Of a stretch of 64,000 nucleotides of DNA, positions 57,020 through 64,000 are shown piece by piece. A program made the position numbers and the translations under genes. The stretch comes from Candidatus Eiseniibacteriota bacterium (GTDB taxonomy: Bacteria > Eisenbacteria > RBG-16-71-46). The notes beneath the pieces were generated by a model, which worked only from the letters and a program-made list of their open reading frames with translations, had not been told where the DNA came from and did no database searches. The DNA lies in NCBI GenBank assembly GCA_038231135.1, contig JBBRLX010000001.1, positions 10,090 through 74,089 of the forward strand, in the 5' to 3' direction. Each line of letters starts with the position of its first letter. Position 1 is the first letter of the stretch.

Positions 57020-58257
57020 ACCACCCGCGTCTCGGCGAGCGCCTCGATTACCGCGCGGATCTCGGCCTCGGTGAGCAGGCGGTCGACGCTCTTCGCCCGC
57101 TGGAACACGGCCTGCACGCGTTCGGGCGTCGCCGTGAGCTCGTGGCTCTCGAGCCAGAAGATCACGTTGCTCTCGCCGCTCATCGGGCCGACTTCGATCG
57201 ACTGGCGGCGGCCGACGAGGCTCGCGGGCACGCCCGAGTAGACGCGATCGGCGAGCCAGTCCTCGCCCTTGCGGTACGCCTTGATCACCGCCGCCGCGTG
57301 CACGCCGGTGCCGGTGCGGAACGCGTCCTGGCCCACCACCGGATAGTTCGTCGGCACTGGCACGCCGGTGGTGTGGCTCACGCGTTCGCAATACTCGGGC
57401 AGCGCCGTGAGGTCGTTGTCGATCCAGCCCAGCAGCCTGAGATTCACGAGCAACTGGTCCATCGGCGTGTTGCCGACGCGCTCGCCGATGCCGATCGCGC
57501 AGCCGTGCACGCGCGTGGCGCCGGCGCGGATCGCGGCGATGGTGTTGATGACCGCGAGCCCGCGATCGCTGTGGCCGTGCCAGTCGAGGCCCACGTCGGC
57601 GCCGCTCTCGAGCACCACGGTGGCGGCGAACCGCACCAGGTTCGCGACCCCGGTGGGCGTGGCGTGGCCCACGGTGTCGCACAGGCACAGCCGCTGGGCG
57701 CCACAGCGGATCGCGGTGAGGAACAGCCGCCGCAGCGTGTCGGGATGGGCGCGCACCGTGTCCTCGGTGACGTACATCACCGGCAGACCGTGCTCCACCG
57801 CGTACGTCACGGCGTCCTCGGTGTGGCGCAGCATGATGTCCAGCGTCCAGTTCTCGGCGTACTGGCGGATGGGCGAGGAGCCGATGAATGTGCACACCTC
57901 GATCGGCAGTCCGGTCTGCTGCGAGATCTCGATCACCGGCGTGATGTCCTGGCGCAGCGTGCGCGCCGCGCAGTTCGCCCGGATCGTCATGCGGTGGTCG
58001 CGGATCTCCTGCGCCAGCCGGGCGACGTCCTTCACCACGTGCGGGCCCGCGCCCGGCAGGCCGATGTCGGCGGTGTCGATGCCGAGCCGCTCCATCAGGT
58101 GGAGGATGCGCAGCTTGTCCTCGATCGCCGGCGTGCGCACCGACGGCGACTGGAGCCCGTCGCGCAGCGTCTCGTCGTCGAACTGCACCCGGAACGGCGG
58201 CGGCTGCCAGCGCTCGCCGGCGTCGTTCCAGTCGTAGATCAGGTCACGCTCGTTCAT
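57016..58257 (-). CDS. HMGL-like 2-isopropylmalate/homocitrate/citramalate synthase-family protein
   Basis: The 413-aa product has LRDGLQSP and HGHSDRGLAVINTIAA, the LeuA-family DRE-TIM barrel. Confidence 0.75.
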   Translation of the reverse strand: MNERDLIYDWNDAGERWQPPPFRVQFDDETLRDGLQSPSVRTPAIEDKLRILHLMERLGIDTADIGLPGAGPHVVKDVARLAQEIRDHRMTIRANCAARTLRQDITPVIEISQQTGLPIEVCTFIGSSPIRQYAENWTLDIMLRHTEDAVTYAVEHGLPVMYVTEDTVRAHPDTLRRLFLTAIRCGAQRLCLCDTVGHATPTGVANLVRFAATVVLESGADVGLDWHGHSDRGLAVINTIAAIRAGATRVHGCAIGIGERVGNTPMDQLLVNLRLLGWIDNDLTALPEYCERVSHTTGVPVPTNYPVVGQDAFRTGTGVHAAAVIKAYRKGEDWLADRVYSGVPASLVGRRQSIEVGPMSGESNVIFWLESHELTATPERVQAVFQRAKSVDRLLTEAEIRAVIEALAETRVV

Positions 58258-58428
58258 GCGGGGACTCGAATCATTGGGGTGCGGGGCGGCGCGTCAGCGG
58301 GAAGCTGGCCAACGAGTATGCGAGCACGGCCGCCGGGGCGCAATAGGCCGGACGTTTTCCTGACGACGCCGGCCGCCGGGGGCAGCGACTTTCCGTGGCC
58401 GTCCGTCACCGCCGTCCGTCACCGTACG

Positions 58429-59652
58429 TCAGGCGCGCTCCACCACGATCGCGATGCCCTGGCCGCCGCCGATGCAGGCCGACGCCACGCCCCAGCGCTT
58501 GCCGCGGCGGCCCAGCTCGACGAGCAGCGTGTAGAGCAGCCGCGTGCCGCTGGCCCCCAGCGGGTGGCCGAGCGCGATCGCGCCGCCGTTCACGTTCACC
58601 TTCTCGCGGTCGAGCCCGAGCGTCTTCTCCACCGCCAGGTACTGGCCGGCGAACGCCTCGTTGATCTCGATCAGGTCGAGGTCCGCCACCTGGATGCCGG
58701 CGCGTTCGCACGCCTTGCGGATCGCGGGCGCCGGGCCGATGCCCATGATCGACGGATCGACGCCCACGCTGGCGTAGCCGCGCACGATGCCGAGCGCGCG
58801 CTTGCCGGCGGCGCGCGCCTGGTCGCCGCTGGTGACGATGACGGCCGCGGCGCCGTCCACGATGCCGCTGGCATTGCCGGCGGTGACGAACGATTCCGGA
58901 CCGAACGCGGGCTGGAGCTTCGCCAGCCCTTCGAGCGTCGTGCTCGGGAACAGGTGGTCGTCCTTGTCGACCATCATCGATTTCTTCCCGAGCTTCACCT
59001 CGACCGGCACGATCTCCTCGGCGAACCGCCCGGTCTGGGTCGCGGTGTTGCCGAGCTGATGCGAACGCAGCGCGAACGCGTCCTGCTGCTCGCGCGTGAT
59101 GCCGTGCTGGCGGGCGAGGTTATCGGAGGTCTGCGCCATGAAGCAGCCGCAGTAGCTGTCCTTGAGCGCGACGAACAGCGAGTCCTCGAGCTGGCCCTGG
59201 CCGAGCTTGAGGCCCGCGCGCGCCCCGCGGATCACGTGCGGCGCCTGCGACATGTTCTCCATGCCGCCGGCGACCACCCACGTCGCCTCGCCGTCGCGGA
59301 TCTGCTGGACCGCGGTGACCACGCTCTGGATCCCCGAGCCGCACAGCCGGTTCAACGTGAGCGCCGGCACTTCGACCCCGAGGCCGGCCTTGAGCGCGAC
59401 GTGGCGGGCGCCGTAGATCGCGTCGCTCGACGTCTGCAGCGCGTTGCCCATCACCACGTGGTCGATCTTCGCGGGCTCGATGCCGGCCCGCTCGATCGCC
59501 GCCTTCGCCGCGATGGCGCCGAGGTCGATCGCCGAAACGCTCGCGAGCAACCCGCCGGGCTGGCCGTCCCCGCGCTTGCCACCGATCCACTCGGCCATGG
59601 GGGTGCGTGCGCCCGCTACGATGACGACCTCGGCTTGATCACGGTTCGACAA
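58429..59652 (-). CDS. Acetyl-CoA C-acetyltransferase (thiolase II)
   Basis: A TTG start at 59652 follows GAAGGAG with 7-nt spacing. The ORF-track ATG at 59679 has no Shine-Dalgarno site. Thiolase motifs are present (NRLCGSGIQSV, NVNGGAIALGHPLGASG, CIGGGQG). Confidence 0.85.
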   Translation of the reverse strand: MSNRDQAEVVIVAGARTPMAEWIGGKRGDGQPGGLLASVSAIDLGAIAAKAAIERAGIEPAKIDHVVMGNALQTSSDAIYGARHVALKAGLGVEVPALTLNRLCGSGIQSVVTAVQQIRDGEATWVVAGGMENMSQAPHVIRGARAGLKLGQGQLEDSLFVALKDSYCGCFMAQTSDNLARQHGITREQQDAFALRSHQLGNTATQTGRFAEEIVPVEVKLGKKSMMVDKDDHLFPSTTLEGLAKLQPAFGPESFVTAGNASGIVDGAAAVIVTSGDQARAAGKRALGIVRGYASVGVDPSIMGIGPAPAIRKACERAGIQVADLDLIEINEAFAGQYLAVEKTLGLDREKVNVNGGAIALGHPLGASGTRLLYTLLVELGRRGKRWGVASACIGGGQGIAIVVERA

Positions 59653-59769
59653 GGGGTTGCTCCTTCGGATTGAGAACATGATGGAATCTCGAGTTCGGCG
59701 GCGACGCTAGCAGGCGCGCCGCCCACCCAACAAGCCACGGCCGGCCGGACCCCGTGATAATGTCGGCGC

Positions 59770-60189
<420 letters not shown>

Positions 60190-60283
60190 TCACGGCACTG
60201 CCGGCTCCGGAGCCTTGCCGAGAACTTCGGCGAACGAAGCGTGGCAACCGAATGGAAACACGAGGTCTGGAGCGCGGTGTCCG

Positions 60284-61168
60284 ATGCTGAGGACGCTCGA
60301 GGGGGGGACCCTCTGGGTCATGGTGGCGATCGCGGCGCTGCTCGGGCTCGGGCTGGTCGTCAGCCTCGCGATTCAGCTCCGTCGGGCACTCGCGGCGCGG
60401 GAACGCGCGGAACTGGAGCTGAAACGTGCCGCGATAGCGAATCAGGAATTTTTCTACACGCTGCTGGAGGAGCTGAATTTTACGCTGGCCGCGCTCGGTA
60501 CTGTGATCGAGCTCATGCGACGTGCGGCGGACAAGACCGTTGCGTACTCGCAGTTCCGCGACAAGCTGGATCGCCAGGTCGATCGGCTCCGGAATCTCGT
60601 CAACCGTCTGCTCGACATGAACAGATTCGTGCTAGTCGACTTGGGTGTTCGCAATACCCCGATCAACCTCGCCGATGTGATCAAAATCGCCTGCGAGACG
60701 AGCCGGCAGTCGATCGAAGCGTCCAAACGCCACCTCTCCGTGACGCAGTCGCGAGCCCCGCTGACGTTGCTGGGCGATGAGGCGCAGCTCTCCGAGGTGG
60801 TGTCGAACCTGTTACTCAACTCCGCGAAGTACACGCCGCCCGGTGGCCACATCGAGCTCACTACGGAACGAATCGGCGACGACGCCGTGATCCGGGTGCG
60901 GGATGACGGCAAGGGCATTCCGTCCGACATGCTGCCACGAGAGTACGACCTGTTCATGCAGATCGATCGGTACGGGTCCACGTTTCCATACGGGCTCGGA
61001 ATCGGCCTCAGCCTGGCGCGGTGGCTGGTGGAACTGCATGGCGGCACGATCGAAGCCGCGAGCGACGGCGCCGGGCGCGGCACCACGTTCACCGTGCGGC
61101 TGCCGCTGGACATCGAGCCCGGGGCGGCGACCGCGGAGCCCCGGCCCGACGCGGAGGCCCGGTCATGA
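60284..61168 (+). CDS. Membrane-anchored sensor histidine kinase
   Basis: ATG at 60284. One TM helix, then HisKA-like and HATPase domains (NLLLNSAKYTPPGG, GLGIGLSLARWLVELHGG). Confidence 0.75.
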   Translation: MLRTLEGGTLWVMVAIAALLGLGLVVSLAIQLRRALAARERAELELKRAAIANQEFFYTLLEELNFTLAALGTVIELMRRAADKTVAYSQFRDKLDRQVDRLRNLVNRLLDMNRFVLVDLGVRNTPINLADVIKIACETSRQSIEASKRHLSVTQSRAPLTLLGDEAQLSEVVSNLLLNSAKYTPPGGHIELTTERIGDDAVIRVRDDGKGIPSDMLPREYDLFMQIDRYGSTFPYGLGIGLSLARWLVELHGGTIEAASDGAGRGTTFTVRLPLDIEPGAATAEPRPDAEARS

Positions 61169-61665
61169 CGCTGCCGGTCGATCCGTCCGTCCCCGCCGTC
61201 CGCCCGGTCCGGCGTGAGGACCTGCCGCGGGTCTGGGAACTGGTGCTGGAGCTGGCCCGCTACGAGCGGCTCGAGCACATCGTCAAGAACACACCCGAGC
61301 GGCTAGCCCGGCACCTGTTCGACGGCCGGTGGCCCGCGGTCGAGTGCCTCGTGGCCGAAATCGACGCAGCGATCGTCGGTTACGCGCTGTTCTTCGGCTG
61401 CTACTCGAGCTTTCGCGGGCAGCCCGTGATCTGGCTCGAAGACCTGTGCGTTACCGAGTCGCGGCGCGGCAGCGGAGCGGGGGTCGCTCTGATGCGGGCG
61501 CTGGCCCGGCTGGCAGTCCTGCGGGAATGTGCCCGGGTGGCGTGGGATGTCCTCGACTGGAACGACCCGTCGATCCGGTTCTACGAGCGGCTGGGCGCCC
61601 GGCGGAGCGAGGGCTGGCACAATTATGTGCTTGAAGACGAGGCGCTGCGGGCTTTGAATCAATAG
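61165..61665 (+). CDS. GNAT-family N-acetyltransferase
   Basis: ATGA overlap with the histidine kinase, and GGAGG before the start. The acetyl-CoA-binding block is RRGSGAGVALMRAL. Confidence 0.75.
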   Translation: MTLPVDPSVPAVRPVRREDLPRVWELVLELARYERLEHIVKNTPERLARHLFDGRWPAVECLVAEIDAAIVGYALFFGCYSSFRGQPVIWLEDLCVTESRRGSGAGVALMRALARLAVLRECARVAWDVLDWNDPSIRFYERLGARRSEGWHNYVLEDEALRALNQ

Positions 61666-61728
61666 ACGATGAACGGCCGGTTGGGCCGTTCTGCCCCCAA
61701 AGCCCCTGGGAAACTTGCGGAGCCGAGC

Positions 61729-62448
61729 ATGAATCGTCGCGCATCTCGGTCGAACCTGCCGCCGCGCACCCTTGCCCTGCTGCGTATGGGTGCGCCGGCG
61801 GCCTTCGCCGTCCTTCTGGCGGGCGCCGCAGCGGCCGATTGTCCGGGCGGCGGTCTCGGAATTCCGTGCGGAACCGACAGCGATGTCCCGTGCGGCCTCA
61901 ACCTGGTCGGCCGTTCCGGCACAGCGGCCGATGCCCACAGCACGTTCACCGTCGTCGTGCGCGATATCGCCCACAATCCCGTGGCCGGGTGTGACGTTTC
62001 CGTCGACTTCAGCGGCTGCGCCCCCGACATCCGGGTCGCGATCGATCAACCGTGGCCCGGACTCGCCATCACGTGCGCCGGGGCCGGGAGCGCCGTGGTG
62101 CACGCGACCACCGACGGCGCGGGGCAGGCGACCTTCAGCATCGTCGGCGGCGCCAACAACGCCGGCACGGGAACGCCGGGCGCCGGATTTCACTGCGCCA
62201 CGGTTCGTGCCTGCGGAGATCTGCTGGGGACCGTCAACGTCGGTGCGTTCGACGAGAACAGCTCGGGTGGCCTGAATCCCGCCGACATCTCGGTGTGGCT
62301 GCCCGATTTCTTCAACTCTCAAACGGTGTACGTGTCGCGCTCCGACTACAACTGCACGAACACCATCAACCCCGCCGACCTCAGCATGCTGCTCGCCGCG
62401 TCGTTCGGCGCGGGCTCGACCCAGAGCGGGGGCGACTACTGCCACTGA
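61729..62448 (+). CDS. Hypothetical secreted Cys-rich protein
   Basis: The ATG at 61729 follows GGAG. The product has a signal peptide and multiple Cys residues. No family was recognised. Confidence 0.5.
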   Translation: MNRRASRSNLPPRTLALLRMGAPAAFAVLLAGAAAADCPGGGLGIPCGTDSDVPCGLNLVGRSGTAADAHSTFTVVVRDIAHNPVAGCDVSVDFSGCAPDIRVAIDQPWPGLAITCAGAGSAVVHATTDGAGQATFSIVGGANNAGTGTPGAGFHCATVRACGDLLGTVNVGAFDENSSGGLNPADISVWLPDFFNSQTVYVSRSDYNCTNTINPADLSMLLAASFGAGSTQSGGDYCH

Positions 62449-62455
62449 GCGTCTG

Positions 62456-62956
62456 TCAGTGGCCCCGCACCTGCGAGGTCACGGCTTCGGCGAGCGACTC
62501 GTGCAACGCGCCCAACAGCTCCGCGAACTCGGGGGATCCGCCATCGCCCGCGATGTGCCGCGCGGCGGCCTCGCCCAGACGCTGCGTGACGGTCGTCGCT
62601 CCCGACGCGCCGCCGTCCTGGCCGATCGCGCCGTATTCGGCGTAGCGGTCCGACACCCGCGCGCGCAGCGCATCGAGCGTCTCGCCGGGCTCGAGCGTGC
62701 GGCTCCAGCCGTCCATCACCGCGTCGTGCAGCGCGTCGATCGCGGCGCCGGTCTCGATGTTGAACCCGCCGCCCGCGACGAGTCCCCGCACGCAGCCGTA
62801 GAGCGCGAACACCTCCCATTCACGGCGGGCCGCGAGGCCGGTGGCGACGGCCGCGCCGTCGCGCGATTCCGCGAGATCCCGAAGCAGCGCGGGCGCGTGC
62901 TCGAAGAACAGCGCGGCGATCGCGCGGCCGCGCTCCACGGGGTCCGTGAGCTTCAC
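62456..62956 (-). CDS. Hypothetical protein
   Basis: A GTG start at 62956 overlaps the hbd stop (GTGA). The ORF-track TTG at 62977 would overlap hbd by 25 nt. Confidence 0.45.
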   Translation of the reverse strand: MKLTDPVERGRAIAALFFEHAPALLRDLAESRDGAAVATGLAARREWEVFALYGCVRGLVAGGGFNIETGAAIDALHDAVMDGWSRTLEPGETLDALRARVSDRYAEYGAIGQDGGASGATTVTQRLGEAAARHIAGDGGSPEFAELLGALHESLAEAVTSQVRGH

Positions 62957-63819
62957 GACGGCGGGTTTGTCGTCCAATTGTAGAAGCCCCGTCCGCTCTT
63001 GCGGCCGTTGAGGCCGGCGAGGACCATCCGCTTGAGCAGCGGGGGTGCTGCGAACCGCGGCTCCTTGAACTCGTCGAACATGATCTGCGAGATGTAGTAC
63101 GTGGTGTCGAGCCCCACGTAGTCGGTGAGGAACAGCGGGCCCATGGGGTACCCGCAGCCCAGCTTCATCGCGTTGTCGATGTCATCGCGGCTGGCGAGGC
63201 CCTGCTCGAACACCCGCACCGCGTCGAGCATGTACGGCACCAGCAGCCGGTTCACCACGAACCCCGTTGAGTCGCCGCAGCTCACCACCGTCTTGCCGGT
63301 GGCCAGGCACCAAGCGGACGCGGCCTGCACGACGTCGGGGTGGGTGCGCACCGTCCGCACCACCTCGACCAGCTTCATCAGCGGGACCGGGTTGAAGAAG
63401 TGGAGCCCGATCACGCGGTCGGACCGCTTCACGAACGTGCTCATCTCGGTGATCGACAGGCTCGACGTGTTCGAGGCGAAGATCGTCCCGGGCTGGCAGA
63501 CATGGTCGAGCGTCGACAGCAGCTCCTGCTTGGCGGAGATGTTCTCGACGATGGCCTCGACCACCAGGTCGCAGTCCGCGAGCGCCGCCAGTTCGACGGT
63601 GCCGGTGAGGTTTGCGAGCGTCCTGTCCATGTCGGCCTGCGCGAGCTTGCCCTTCTCGACGCCGCCCTTGAGGAACTTCCGGATCGAGCCCAGGCCCTTG
63701 TCGAGCACGTCCTGCGACACCTCGCGCACCACGGTCGGGAACCCGGCCTGGGCGCTGATCTGCGCGATGCCGCTGCCCATCAGCCCGCAACCCACCACAC
63801 CCACCTTGTGAATCGCCAT
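62953..63819 (-). CDS. hbd: 3-hydroxybutyryl-CoA dehydrogenase
   Basis: The 288-aa product has the NAD-binding GVVGCGLMGSGIAQ and the 3HCDH motifs (NTSSLSI, HFFNPVPLMKLVE). Confidence 0.85.
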   Translation of the reverse strand: MAIHKVGVVGCGLMGSGIAQISAQAGFPTVVREVSQDVLDKGLGSIRKFLKGGVEKGKLAQADMDRTLANLTGTVELAALADCDLVVEAIVENISAKQELLSTLDHVCQPGTIFASNTSSLSITEMSTFVKRSDRVIGLHFFNPVPLMKLVEVVRTVRTHPDVVQAASAWCLATGKTVVSCGDSTGFVVNRLLVPYMLDAVRVFEQGLASRDDIDNAMKLGCGYPMGPLFLTDYVGLDTTYYISQIMFDEFKEPRFAAPPLLKRMVLAGLNGRKSGRGFYNWTTNPPS

Positions 63820-64000
63820 GATCGAGTCCGCCTCCGTTGCTGGTTCACCGGACGCCCGCTTTGGGGGTCCGCCATCGTGTTTCGCAGGTGCTCGTCGAGG
63901 ACGCCAGGCACTCGATGCGGGCGCGCAGGATACGCAATTGGGCAGACACCGTCATCCTGCTACGCTGCTCCCGAAACCGGCTGGTTCACTCAATAGGGGA

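Overview
This is a high-GC (~70%) bacterial chromosomal segment with a dense mix of housekeeping and accessory genes. Many gene pairs are translationally coupled, with ATGA or GTGA stop/start overlaps. The ECF-sigma/Ser-Thr-kinase pair and six secreted proteins sharing a ~80-aa FlgD-Ig/T9SS-like C-terminal domain suggest a Gemmatimonadota-like or related organism.

Housekeeping genes: ruvB (partial), queA, propionyl-CoA carboxylase beta subunit, a tandem M16 peptidase pair, msrB, an aminotransferase, a TonB-dependent receptor, an M13 peptidase, mtgA, a PP2C/GAF phosphatase, enoyl-CoA hydratase, mgtC, an IMDH-family dehydrogenase, LeuA-like synthase, thiolase, hbd, yjbQ, two histidine kinases and a GNAT acetyltransferase.

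Two candidate peptide-modification loci stand out:
- At 2.5-5.6 kb, a lasso-peptide-like operon encodes a PqqD-like RRE (B1), a transglutaminase-like leader protease (B2), a 39-aa precursor, an HPr-kinase-like kinase and a nucleotidyltransferase. No asparagine-synthetase-like lasso cyclase and no exporter are visible anywhere in the window. A frameshifted DUF222/HNH remnant lies beside it.
- At 26.6-31.7 kb on the minus strand, a Ser/Thr kinase-TPR gene is followed by a 69-aa Gly/Lys-rich tandem-repeat peptide, a papain/C39-like peptidase, a hypothetical protein and an ATP-grasp ligase. The two peptide repeats are conserved at the protein level but differ synonymously in DNA.

Other notable items:
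- a 2.5-kb low-GC islet (44.1-46.6 kb) bounded by 40-bp imperfect direct repeats, next to a tRNA-like fragment downstream of mtgA;
- an ECF sigma / STK-STAND-TPR / beta-propeller operon;
- a G8 homopolymer at a gene junction;
- a lipoprotein with an extreme Gly-rich tail;
- two bidirectional terminators.

No CRISPR array, rRNA gene or intact tRNA was recognised.
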